Source: Candidatus Woesearchaeota archaeon
GTDB taxonomy: Archaea; Nanobdellota; Nanobdellia; Woesearchaeales; JAGVYF01
Direction of reading: 5' to 3'
Length of the DNA: 64,000 bases
Assembly (NCBI GenBank): GCA_041650315.1
Contig: JBAZLJ010000001.1
Span: 280,259-344,258, forward strand
The position numbers were made by a program, and so were the translations under genes. The notes under the pieces were generated by a model. It was not told the DNA's origin. It saw nothing but the letters and a program-made list of their open reading frames with translations, and made no database searches. Positions 36,841 to 46,140 of this stretch are shown piece after piece (the first letter of the stretch is position 1; every line of letters begins with the position of its first letter).

Positions 36841-36903
36841 ATAGCTTCAATCAAGATTAAAGCTATGATAGTGATTATATATAAGAACAATATTTAATAG
36901 AAT

Positions 36904-37404
36904 ATGAATAAAAAATTAGTTTATGGATTGATAATATCTTTAATTGTAATTACCTTAGGTTATTATATTTCTCTTTATTCGTTGTTGTTATTTGGAATAC
37001 CTTCTCCTATTGATCCATTCGGAGCTCCTCCTGGAGTCTCTAATCCTAATTGCGGAGAGAGTAGATATGAATATGACGCCACAATTAATTCAAAAGAAGA
37101 TTTTATCAATTTTCTGAAACAAAATGAATTATCAGAACCTTTCAAAGGTAATGTGTACATATATTCTGATTTAATTAGCGATTTTAAGCTAAATTATGGA
37201 AATCTTACTGAATTTAATTCGGCTTTAAGATCCGGTAATTTGAAAAATAATTGGGATAAGGTATTGAATGATGTTAAAATAAGTAATGTCGGTTCTAGAG
37301 TTGTTTATGAAACAAGTTATACTTTTTTTTCTCTAGAATGTTCAGGTCATTTGAAAATGACTGAAGATGGTCATGTTTCTATGGTAGGTTGTTGCGGAGC
37401 ATAA
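36904..37404 (+). CDS. Membrane-anchored hypothetical protein
   Basis: N-terminal TM LVYGLIISLIVITLGYYISLYSLLLF followed by a soluble domain. Ends ...VGCCGA. Confidence 0.4.
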   Translation: MNKKLVYGLIISLIVITLGYYISLYSLLLFGIPSPIDPFGAPPGVSNPNCGESRYEYDATINSKEDFINFLKQNELSEPFKGNVYIYSDLISDFKLNYGNLTEFNSALRSGNLKNNWDKVLNDVKISNVGSRVVYETSYTFFSLECSGHLKMTEDGHVSMVGCCGA

Positions 37405-37417
37405 ATTAAGTTATTTT

Positions 37418-38773
37418 CTAAAACCCAGGTATTCTGCCTTTCATCTTGCCCATGAATTTCTTCATGTTGCGTTCAGATGCGTTTGGTCCGAATGATTTCA
37501 TCATCTTCTTGGTCTGCTTGTATTGTTTGAGAAGTTCTCTCACTTCGGATTCTGGCACGCCTGAGCCTTGCGCAATCCTTGTGATTCTTGTCGATGTAAT
37601 TATATCAGGATCTTCCAATTCTTCTTTTGTGCATGATTGCATTACGAATTTCCATTTCTTGAGTTTTTCTTCCTGGACTTTTAATGCTTCCTTCGGAAGT
37701 TTTATCTGGCCCATTCCCGGAATCATTTCCATGATTTTGTCGATAGAACCCATCTTGCTCATGGCTTCCATCTGGCTGTATAAGTCTAATAGATTGAATT
37801 CGCCTTTCATAAGCTTCTTGCTCAGGTCCTGAGCATCTTCTTCGCTTATCGCTTCCTTCGCTTTCTCTAATAGTGATTGAAGATCACCCATGCCTAGAAG
37901 ACGGCTGACGAAACGTTTTGGATCGAACAGTTCCAGGCTGTCGATTTTCTCTCCGACGCCTATGAATTTGACTGGCGCGCCTGTGGTTGCGCAAGCTGAT
38001 AATGCTCCGCCGCCTTTAGCTGTGCCATCTAATTTTGTGATTATAACGCCTGTGACGTTGCATGTTGAATGGAATGTCTCTGCTTGTTTCTGCGCGGCCT
38101 GTCCGACATCTGCCGCTATTACCAATAGCCTTTCATCTGGTTTGATGTATGTGTTCAATGCGTTCAGTTCTTTGACTAGCTCTTCATTCAGCGCATCTCT
38201 TCCCGCAGTGTCGATTATTACCAGATTGTATTCTGATAATTGCTTTTCGAATTCTTTGTAGATATCTAATGGATTCTTTTGTTTAGGATTGCCGAAGACT
38301 GGCACGTTAATCTGTTCACCTAATTGCTCCAATTGTTTGAATGCAGCAGGTCTCCAAGTATCTGTGCTCATTAATGCGACTTTGTATCCGCGTTTCTGAT
38401 AGAATTTAGCGAGTTTAGCTGCGGTTGTGGTTTTTCCGTTGCCGAATAAACCAACAAGCATGATCTTGAAAGGTTTTTTGTTTTCGATTTTTGGTTCAGA
38501 AAGTTCTTTGCCCATGAAATTTGTTAATTCTTCATACAGAACGTTGATGAGATGCTCTTTCTTTGATAATCCTTTAGGAGTATCTTCTTTAAGGACTCTG
38601 TCTTTAATCTTGTTAGTTAGCTCGAACACTAATTTGACGTTAACGTCGCTTTTCAGAAGCGCTTTTTGGAGGTCTTTCACCAGTTCATTCACTAGCTTTT
38701 CATCTACGAAAATCGAGCCTGCAATCTTGCTTAAAGTGGCTTTCAATGATTCTCCTAATGAGTCTAGTACCAT
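37418..38773 (-). CDS. srp54: Signal recognition particle 54 kDa protein (SRP54/Ffh)
   Basis: N domain, then G domain with GLFGNGKTTTAAKLA, DTAGR, TKLDG. C-terminal Met-rich M domain. Confidence 0.9.
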   Translation of the reverse strand: MVLDSLGESLKATLSKIAGSIFVDEKLVNELVKDLQKALLKSDVNVKLVFELTNKIKDRVLKEDTPKGLSKKEHLINVLYEELTNFMGKELSEPKIENKKPFKIMLVGLFGNGKTTTAAKLAKFYQKRGYKVALMSTDTWRPAAFKQLEQLGEQINVPVFGNPKQKNPLDIYKEFEKQLSEYNLVIIDTAGRDALNEELVKELNALNTYIKPDERLLVIAADVGQAAQKQAETFHSTCNVTGVIITKLDGTAKGGGALSACATTGAPVKFIGVGEKIDSLELFDPKRFVSRLLGMGDLQSLLEKAKEAISEEDAQDLSKKLMKGEFNLLDLYSQMEAMSKMGSIDKIMEMIPGMGQIKLPKEALKVQEEKLKKWKFVMQSCTKEELEDPDIITSTRITRIAQGSGVPESEVRELLKQYKQTKKMMKSFGPNASERNMKKFMGKMKGRIPGF

Positions 38774-39072
38774 AGGGATAGTGGACTGAAACCGGATTTA
38801 TAAATATAACTATGATAAGAATGAAAATAACTCCTTTTTTTGCTTATTTACTTCTTGGATTCCAGAAAATTAGGAAATGCAAGAAATTCAGGAACAATAG
38901 GTATAACCAAGGGTTATCTTTCCCAAGGAATCCTAGAAAGCCCAAAAATCCTAACAAACCCATCCAATTGAATTTTTTAGCCATATCAGTAATACTAGTT
39001 GTTTTCGTATATATATCTTTAGTTCCATTATAATCAAAAGAAAAAAGGAGAAAAAGAAAAGTAAAAAGCGGT

Positions 39073-40758
39073 CTATGGTGTACCGCAACCGCCGGCTGGA
39101 GCTTCAGATGTGCTCAATGTGCTTGTGCATCCGCTTAGACCGGGATTAGCTTCGCAATAGGTTTGCTTGATGGTGTTAGCATCGAAACCGCCGAATTGTT
39201 TCTGATTGTTAGCTATCCATGTAGGACTGCCGCCAATATTCAATTCTTGCGCAATCTTGATGTCTTCGCTCAGCAATGCTTTGCCTTCATCGCCTTTAGA
39301 GCAAGTTTCTACTTTTGTGGAATCTATGCTAGCTGCTAATGCGCAGTCTTTCCAATCTAAGTCTTTCACGCCATTAGTAGATCTGCAATAGATGAAATTA
39401 AGCCATTTTTCTTGTGATGCGTATTTATTAACGCATAATTGGACAATATCTTCATCAACTTCGTATTGGCCGTGTAAGCTTTGGAATTCTCCATTCTGTT
39501 CATTAGCTATGTAATGGACACTGTATTTGACGTCTTCTTTGAAGTTTGTGACTACTTCTTTCAATGCTTTAACTGCTTCTTTTCCGTAAGGGCAGTCGCT
39601 CATCACGAACAATTGAAGGTCTTTCTTGATTTCTTCTCTGCATTCGAATGCGTCATTGCACTCAGTGTCTGCGCAGTCAATAAGTTCGTTATTGTTGTCA
39701 TCCACTTCGTTGTCGCAGATTTCTTTAGTTGGATCGAAGCTTGCTCCAATCATCAAATTAAGATATTTGCCTGATGGGACGAAATATCTTTCGATGTTCA
39801 CATAATTAGCATCTGTCTTGACTTCTTCAGTGAAAAGGATAGCTGGCAATGCTGTCAATTGTAGTTCATTGTATAACGCTTTACCTTCTTCGGTTGAATA
39901 ATCAAGGTTTGTAACTGCGAGTTTTGGGAATAGTTGATTTTTCAATGATTGAATGATTGGCGCTGAATCACATTCTTTGCATCTTGCGTCATTCAATACT
40001 GTGATCTTCACTTCTTTGATCTCAGGCAATTCTGCGCATGCTGGGGCTTTGTTGCCTGTTGCTTCGCAGATTGCTCTTATTAGATCATTTGGTGCTCTTC
40101 CACCAGCATATTGCACGCCGTTCAAATAGATTGTAGGGCTGCCTTGGACATTGAGAGATTGAGCTTTCTGGAATGATGCTGCGAGCAATGCTTTGCCTTC
40201 TTCGCCTTGGTAGCAAGTTTCCAATGTTTTTGAATCAATGCCTATTTCATCAGCGCATGTTGTCAATGATGAGACTAAATCACTTGGATTGTTTTTGTTT
40301 TGGCATGCTATAAAATCGAAATATACTGCTGGATAATGGTTTTTTGCACAAGCTTGTATCAAATCGCCTATGACTTCTGGTTCTCCATGAAGGCTGTTGA
40401 AATTCGTTCCATCAGTCTGGCCAATGAATTCTATGTTCATATTGACATAGCCTTTCATCTTGTCAACAACTTCTTTGAATGAGTTTTCTGCCTGCACCCC
40501 ATAAGGACATTGGCTCATGACATAAAGGTCGATATTAGCTTTATCACTTACTGTTGCGAATCCGGTTATTCCGTCTAAAAGATTAGGATAATTAGAATTG
40601 ACTACATATCCGATTGCGAAAACAACTGCTACGATTACTAGAAGTTTCTTATAATCGAAATTGCTTGCTTTTTGTTCAACCTTTGCTTCGACATTGATGA
40701 AAGCAGGTTTCACTTCCGGTTTTGCCGGTTCTGGATTTGCTTGTTGTTCCATTTCCAT
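39073..40758 (-). CDS. Membrane-anchored protein with two tandem GILT-like (thiol-reductase-like) domains carrying non-canonical active-site motifs
   Basis: N-terminal TM LLVIVAVVFAIGYVV. Each ~220-aa repeat has CPYG (where GILT has CxxC) and [FI]xSLHG[EQ]xEV (where GILT has CQHGxxEC), plus the GILT-like hY[IV]a/GQ..G block. About 25 Cys in total. Confidence 0.45.
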   Translation of the reverse strand: MEMEQQANPEPAKPEVKPAFINVEAKVEQKASNFDYKKLLVIVAVVFAIGYVVNSNYPNLLDGITGFATVSDKANIDLYVMSQCPYGVQAENSFKEVVDKMKGYVNMNIEFIGQTDGTNFNSLHGEPEVIGDLIQACAKNHYPAVYFDFIACQNKNNPSDLVSSLTTCADEIGIDSKTLETCYQGEEGKALLAASFQKAQSLNVQGSPTIYLNGVQYAGGRAPNDLIRAICEATGNKAPACAELPEIKEVKITVLNDARCKECDSAPIIQSLKNQLFPKLAVTNLDYSTEEGKALYNELQLTALPAILFTEEVKTDANYVNIERYFVPSGKYLNLMIGASFDPTKEICDNEVDDNNNELIDCADTECNDAFECREEIKKDLQLFVMSDCPYGKEAVKALKEVVTNFKEDVKYSVHYIANEQNGEFQSLHGQYEVDEDIVQLCVNKYASQEKWLNFIYCRSTNGVKDLDWKDCALAASIDSTKVETCSKGDEGKALLSEDIKIAQELNIGGSPTWIANNQKQFGGFDANTIKQTYCEANPGLSGCTSTLSTSEAPAGGCGTP

Positions 40759-40868
40759 ATATTTTCACCTTCATATGATTATGATTGTTTTTATTTGAGA
40801 ACGCTGTTAATAAATATATTGGTTTTTTATGATATATAAAGAAAAAGTAAATAAAAAAAAGAAAAAGC

Positions 40869-41060
40869 TTAGATTTGTGTGTCTAAGTCTTGTTCCAATG
40901 CGTCTAGGTCAGATGTATCTACGCTTGTTTGGTCAATGGAATCGATATCCGATATGTCGGAACTTAAGTCCATTGAAGCATCTGTTGTTGTTTCTTTAGC
41001 GCAACCATACATTGTCGCTACTAATAACAACGCTAATATCAAAATTGCTGCTTTTTTCAT
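40869..41060 (-). CDS. Small secreted acidic lipoprotein-like peptide
   Basis: Signal peptide with ...VATMYGCAKE, then a D/S-rich 35 aa. Confidence 0.3.
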   Translation of the reverse strand: MKKAAILILALLLVATMYGCAKETTTDASMDLSSDISDIDSIDQTSVDTSDLDALEQDLDTQI

Positions 41061-41071
41061 TCATCTCACCT

Positions 41072-42427
41072 TTATGCAGTTCCTTCAACAGCTGCTTCTG
41101 CTGCATCTGTATTGGATTCTGCAAGCTCTTCAACGCCTTCATTGGATACTACGCTTTTTATAATTTGCTGTAGTATCTTCTGCGCATCTGCTAATGCTTG
41201 CTTAGCCAATTTCATGTGCTGTTCAGCTGCTTTGACGTATTCGTCAATAGCTTTCTTATCGGTGTCTGCCAGTTTAGCTTCGACTTTTTTATCCAATTCT
41301 GTCTGAGCTGCTTGGAATTCTGTCTTTGCAGTATCTAGCTTTACTTTGAATTGGTCTACCAATGGTTGGATAGTTGTTGTGTCTTTGCCGTTCTCTGTCA
41401 TCCTTTCCATGATCCTGTTCAATTTCACTTCAAGATATTTGGATTTGATGATTACTCCGCCCATTCTTGAGTTGACTAATCTTGCATTGACTGATTTGAT
41501 TACCAATTTAGCATCAGCAATAGCGCCTTTCATCTCTTTCATCGCCGCATTCACTTCTTCTTTGGTAGAATTTTCGTTAAGAGCTGCAATCTTTGCCTTG
41601 ACATCATTGATGTCTTCTATCTCTTGATCGAGCCAGCCTTTATAGACAATAGTGTTCTCTTCAGTTATATACTCTGAAGATTCTACATTAGCAAGCACTT
41701 TCTCAAGCATTTTGATAGTCTGGTCTGCTGCGTTGTTTGTCATGTCTCTTGCTTTAATTTTCAGTTCTTTATCCTTTTCTTCACAATCATCTGCTTCTTT
41801 GCAAACTTTTCTTTCTGCTAACTTAGCTGCTAAATCTGCTTTCAATGTCAGATGTTTTGCTTTAGCTTCGTCTACTCTAGCTTTTGCGTTAAGATAATTT
41901 AGGTTAGATTTCTCTTTCTTCTCTTTGATTAATTCTCTTACTTTGAACTCTTTGTCTTTATCGAATCCTTGGAATCCAGATTCGTCTTTCATTTCATTGA
42001 ATCTTTCGATTGCTTTGTTTTTAAGTTCAACGAGTTTCTGCAATCTTGTGAGATCCTTCTCTTGAAGTTTCTGCACTAGCTCAGTTCTTTTCTGCAGTTT
42101 CTCTTCACATTTAGTAGAATCGTTGCTTGTTTCTTTGCAAAGTTCTATTGCTTTATTCAATTGCTCTTGCTGAAATAACCTGAATTCTTCAGCTTTCAAG
42201 CTTTCAATTTCCCTTTCTCCAGCCATGACAGCTTTCCTTATAGAATTGATAGTATTTCCTTCGGAATCAGCCATCATCTTTGGTTCGTCTATTTCGTTTT
42301 CTTCGTCATCTTGTGTGCTATATTTACCATTTTTACCATTTTCTGCGAATGCTGTTGGTATTATGCTTATCATAAACATGCATAAAACCAATATCGCGAA
42401 TGTTTTTTTCATTTTCGTAACCTCCAT
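41072..42427 (-). CDS. Secreted long coiled-coil protein (K/E-rich)
   Basis: Signal peptide MKKTFAILVLCMFMISIIPTAFA. About 400 aa of heptad-rich, charged sequence with a few Cys. Confidence 0.4.
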   Translation of the reverse strand: MEVTKMKKTFAILVLCMFMISIIPTAFAENGKNGKYSTQDDEENEIDEPKMMADSEGNTINSIRKAVMAGEREIESLKAEEFRLFQQEQLNKAIELCKETSNDSTKCEEKLQKRTELVQKLQEKDLTRLQKLVELKNKAIERFNEMKDESGFQGFDKDKEFKVRELIKEKKEKSNLNYLNAKARVDEAKAKHLTLKADLAAKLAERKVCKEADDCEEKDKELKIKARDMTNNAADQTIKMLEKVLANVESSEYITEENTIVYKGWLDQEIEDINDVKAKIAALNENSTKEEVNAAMKEMKGAIADAKLVIKSVNARLVNSRMGGVIIKSKYLEVKLNRIMERMTENGKDTTTIQPLVDQFKVKLDTAKTEFQAAQTELDKKVEAKLADTDKKAIDEYVKAAEQHMKLAKQALADAQKILQQIIKSVVSNEGVEELAESNTDAAEAAVEGTA

Positions 42428-42569
42428 CGTTTGTTTTTGAATGTGATCTGCAGATATGATTTACGAATTTTGTTTATATAGATACTTTCAGATTAGTTTT
42501 GTTTGAAGCTTTATACGGGCGTTTAACACCTTAGGAAAGTTCATATGGTCAGTTTAATCTTTAAATCGG

Positions 42570-43337
42570 TTGAATCAGGCTTGTTTTGTTTTTTCATTGC
42601 AAAGCTTTTTATATCAATATTATTTAGATAAGGACATGAATAGATTATTTTTGTATCTGGCAATGTTCTTTGTTTTGACTTCATTAGTTTCGGCAGCAAC
42701 TGTTCATGGCTCAGTCTATGACCTTTCTCTTGAGAAAGTCAGCGATGTTAGGATGTCGGTTAATTCTGCTCCTGCGCAGACTTTGATATCTAAGGATGGG
42801 GCTTATTCATTTGAATTGCCATCAGGCGAATATATTTTGAAGGCGGAATATTATGAAAATAGAATTTTAATATCTACTGCTGAAGAGTCTGTGAAAATTG
42901 GTTCTGACGGGAATTATGTGATTGATTTAGTCTTATTTCCAGTGCTTGAGGAAGAAATCGATGATGTTGAAGTCCCTGATGAATTGAATGGTGATTCATA
43001 TTGGTATTATTATGCGCCGTTAATTATTTTTGTGCTGGTTTTGATTTATTTACGTTATCGCAAATTGCAGATTAGAAAATTGAAGATCATGAAACTTGAA
43101 GAGGCAAGGCATGTCGCGCATATCAAACCTTCTGTTGCCGTTGATCCTGAGCTTGAGAAGCTGTTGGATTTCATCAAATCGAATGAAGGACGAGTGACGC
43201 AGAAAGATGTGCGCAAAGCTTATCCTTCTTTGTCTGAAGCTAAAATCTCTCTTATGGTCGCTGAATTGGAGCATAAAGGGATAGTCAATAAAATAAAAAA
43301 GGGAAGAGGTAATCTCATATGGTTAAGAAAACATTAA
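42570..43337 (+). CDS. Membrane-anchored winged-helix transcription regulator: signal/anchor, extracytoplasmic beta-sandwich (CarboxypepD_reg-like) domain, TM, cytoplasmic wHTH
   Basis: Probable start is the internal MNRLFLYLAMFFVLTSLVSA. GSVYDLSLEKVSDVRMSVNS... is beta-rich. TM YYYAPLIIFVLVLIYL is followed by a basic stretch. The C-terminus LLDFIKSNEGRVTQKDVRKAYPSLSEAKISLMVAELEHKGIV is MarR/TrmB-like wHTH. Confidence 0.5.
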   Translation: MNQACFVFSLQSFLYQYYLDKDMNRLFLYLAMFFVLTSLVSAATVHGSVYDLSLEKVSDVRMSVNSAPAQTLISKDGAYSFELPSGEYILKAEYYENRILISTAEESVKIGSDGNYVIDLVLFPVLEEEIDDVEVPDELNGDSYWYYYAPLIIFVLVLIYLRYRKLQIRKLKIMKLEEARHVAHIKPSVAVDPELEKLLDFIKSNEGRVTQKDVRKAYPSLSEAKISLMVAELEHKGIVNKIKKGRGNLIWLRKH

Positions 43338-44104
43338 AACTTTTATTGTCTAAACTGAATCAGTCTAGATTTGTCCACAAATTAAAGCATTTCAAGTATT
43401 GGAGATTGGTATTCGCTGCATTTGCTATATTCATTTTATTCGGAGGATATTTCGGTTATTCATATCTTAAACAGAAGCAATTCACAGATGATTATAATGC
43501 GATGAATTCCAAGTATAAAGAAGCACTTTATGCAACAGGCAGCGCGCCAAAGACTTCGCTTGCTAAAGTTTCTGCGTATAATGATGCTTTCACTATATTC
43601 TTCAATAAGTATAGAGATAATCCGCCTAAGGATTTCGCTAAAGATATGTCTTTCTCCGGCGATATGGAAGCGATTGCTTTGCTTTCAGAGAATGCGTTGT
43701 TCTACACACAGGAATCAGAATATTCTCTAGCGCATGCTGAGCTTGAAAGCATACGTCAGGTCTGGCAGTTGCTTTTCAAAAGGAATGATGTGGGGATGAT
43801 GTCTTATTATATGACTGATTTCCATGATGCGATGGAATCCGTTATCTCTCTTGCTGATATAAAAGATGCAGCCGGCGTTTCTGAATTGTGCCCTTCACTT
43901 ACTGAGAAATGGGCTGCCATTAAGAACATGGAAGTGTCTTTCTCTGTCGATAAACTGATTGATTTCAAGAATCAGGTCTCTGCTGAGGAAATAAACGTGA
44001 GGAATCTTTGCTCTGCTGCAGAAAGTAAAAATATAGAAAAGCTGCCTTATCTGGCAGCAAAGATGAAATCAGGTTTCATCAGCGCATACTTAAGGTATGG
44101 CTGA
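43319..44104 (+). CDS. Membrane-anchored hypothetical protein (N-terminal TM, helical soluble domain)
   Basis: TM WRLVFAAFAIFILFGGYFGY. Overlaps the upstream regulator gene by 19 nt. Confidence 0.4.
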   Translation: MVKKTLKLLLSKLNQSRFVHKLKHFKYWRLVFAAFAIFILFGGYFGYSYLKQKQFTDDYNAMNSKYKEALYATGSAPKTSLAKVSAYNDAFTIFFNKYRDNPPKDFAKDMSFSGDMEAIALLSENALFYTQESEYSLAHAELESIRQVWQLLFKRNDVGMMSYYMTDFHDAMESVISLADIKDAAGVSELCPSLTEKWAAIKNMEVSFSVDKLIDFKNQVSAEEINVRNLCSAAESKNIEKLPYLAAKMKSGFISAYLRYG

Positions 44105-44109
44105 TTATT

Positions 44110-46044
44110 TTATTTTTTAATTTCAGGTTTCGGCTGCTCAGGCAGTTTCTTTGATTTAATCTCTTTGAGCAGGCGTTCTATCAAATCATCAGCTTTGACA
44201 TCATTGCTGACCAATCCTTCCCTGGTCCTTACCGCGACTGTGTGAGATGCTTCTTCTTTCTCTCCGACAACTAGGATATAGTTTATCTGCTTAAGTTGAG
44301 CGTCTCTCACTTTTTTAGGTATGGATTCTGCTCTGGTGTCGAGTTCGACTCTTAATCCATAATCGCTCATTTTCTCCATTAGTTTCTCAGCATAGCCGTT
44401 GAATTTGTCGGATACTGTCAAAATAGAGATTTGGATTGGGCTCAACCATAGCGGGAATCTTCCGGCAAAGTGTTCTGTCAATATGCCTAAGAATCTCTCT
44501 ATACTGCCGTAAACAACGCGATGAAGCATGACTGGCCTGTGCTTTTTGCCATCTTGGCCTTCGTAAGTCAAGTCAAACCTTTCTGGCATCTGGAAATCAA
44601 GCTGGCATGTCGCGCACTGCCATGTCCTTCCCAATGAATCCTTGATATGGAAATCGATCTTCGGACCATAGAATGCGCCGTCTCCTGGATTTATCTTGAA
44701 CGGCATTTTCAGTTCATTCAGCGATTTCTCAAGAGTTTTTTCTGCAAGTTCCCATAGTTTAGGGTCGCCCATAGCTTTGTCAGGTTTTGTAGAAAGCTCA
44801 ACATGATATTCGAATCCGAATATATCTTTATAGAAATGATCTATAAGTTTCACAACTCCTTTTATTTCATTTTCAAGTTGGTCTTCTGTAACATACAGAT
44901 GAGCATCATCTTGATGGAAGCATCTTACCCTGAATAATCCGGATAATACGCCTGATAGCTCATGTCTGTGCACTAATCCGACTTCAGCCGCTCTCAAAGG
45001 CAATTCTTTATAGCTGTGTATCCTTGATTTATATGTAATCATTCCGCCAGGACAGTTCATAGGTTTAACTGCATAATCTGCTTGATCTATCTTAGTGAAA
45101 TACATGTTTTCTTTGTAATGGTCCCAATGACCTGACTGTAGCCATAATGCTTTGTTAAGTATGATTGGCGTTTTGATTTCTACGTATCCGGCTTTCTTGT
45201 GTTCAGCTCTCCAGAAATCTAGAAGTTCGTTCCATATTACCATGCCTTTAGCGTGTATGAACGGCATTCCTGGCGCTTCGTCATGGAAGCTGAAAAGATC
45301 CATATCACGTCCGATTTTTCTGTGATCTCTTTTAGACGCTTCTTCAAGTAAAGTCAGGTAACCATTCAAATCTTTCTTGTCAGGGAAACTTATTCCGTAT
45401 ACTCTCTGGAGCATCTTGTTCTTATTATCGCCTCTCCAGTATGCACCGGCTATTTTTGTGAGTTTCACTGCTTTGATCTGGCCGGTGTGCTGCACGTGCG
45501 GACCTCTACAGAAATCGATGTAATTGCCGTGCTGGTAGATTGTCAATGTGTCTTCTTTCAGTTCGTTGATCATTTCAATCTTGTATTGATTGTCCTTGAA
45601 AAGCAGCAGAGCTTCTTTCTTGCTGACTTCTCTTCTTTCGAACTTGAGATCCTGCTTGATTATCTCCTGCATCTTTTTCTCAATTTTTTCCAAGTCTTCT
45701 GGCTTGAATGGTTCGTGATCGAAATCGTAATAGAATCCTTCAGCCACCGCTGGGCCGATTGTTGGCTTTGCATAGGGGAATAATTGGACTACTGCATCAG
45801 CCATGATGTGCGCTGTCGAATGCCTGAACACTTCAACGCCTTCAGGGTCTTTGAATGTTATGATTTTTATCTTCGCATTGTGATTTATCGGTCTGCTAAG
45901 GTCCCATAGATTTTCATCTACTTTGATGGCTACTGCATTTCTCGCTAATCCTTCAGCGATACCTTTAGCTATCTCTAGACCTGTAATTCCTTTTTTGAAA
46001 TCTTTAGAACTCCCATCAGGGAAAATTATGTTTACGCTATCCAT
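44110..46044 (-). CDS. thrS: Threonyl-tRNA synthetase (with TGS and bacterial/eukaryal-type N2 editing domain)
   Basis: TGS N-terminus. HSTAHIMA editing-site His. Class II motifs (FRVRCFHQDDAH, GGMITYKSR). An anticodon-binding C-terminus. 644 aa. Confidence 0.9.
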   Translation of the reverse strand: MDSVNIIFPDGSSKDFKKGITGLEIAKGIAEGLARNAVAIKVDENLWDLSRPINHNAKIKIITFKDPEGVEVFRHSTAHIMADAVVQLFPYAKPTIGPAVAEGFYYDFDHEPFKPEDLEKIEKKMQEIIKQDLKFERREVSKKEALLLFKDNQYKIEMINELKEDTLTIYQHGNYIDFCRGPHVQHTGQIKAVKLTKIAGAYWRGDNKNKMLQRVYGISFPDKKDLNGYLTLLEEASKRDHRKIGRDMDLFSFHDEAPGMPFIHAKGMVIWNELLDFWRAEHKKAGYVEIKTPIILNKALWLQSGHWDHYKENMYFTKIDQADYAVKPMNCPGGMITYKSRIHSYKELPLRAAEVGLVHRHELSGVLSGLFRVRCFHQDDAHLYVTEDQLENEIKGVVKLIDHFYKDIFGFEYHVELSTKPDKAMGDPKLWELAEKTLEKSLNELKMPFKINPGDGAFYGPKIDFHIKDSLGRTWQCATCQLDFQMPERFDLTYEGQDGKKHRPVMLHRVVYGSIERFLGILTEHFAGRFPLWLSPIQISILTVSDKFNGYAEKLMEKMSDYGLRVELDTRAESIPKKVRDAQLKQINYILVVGEKEEASHTVAVRTREGLVSNDVKADDLIERLLKEIKSKKLPEQPKPEIKK

Positions 46045-46140
46045 TTTTTACACCTTCATACTGCGATATACAAAATCGCGAGCATGGGCTGTTGTATAGA
46101 TATCTCTTATAAAAATGTTACTATAATTGATATATAGAAT

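Noticed and set aside
37446-38789. Three plus-strand ORFs antisense to srp54
   Set aside because: Antisense noise. SRP54 motifs on the minus strand are definitive.
38812-39033. 73-aa plus-strand ORF in the srp54 upstream spacer
   Set aside because: Basic low-complexity translation in an AT-rich promoter region. No support.
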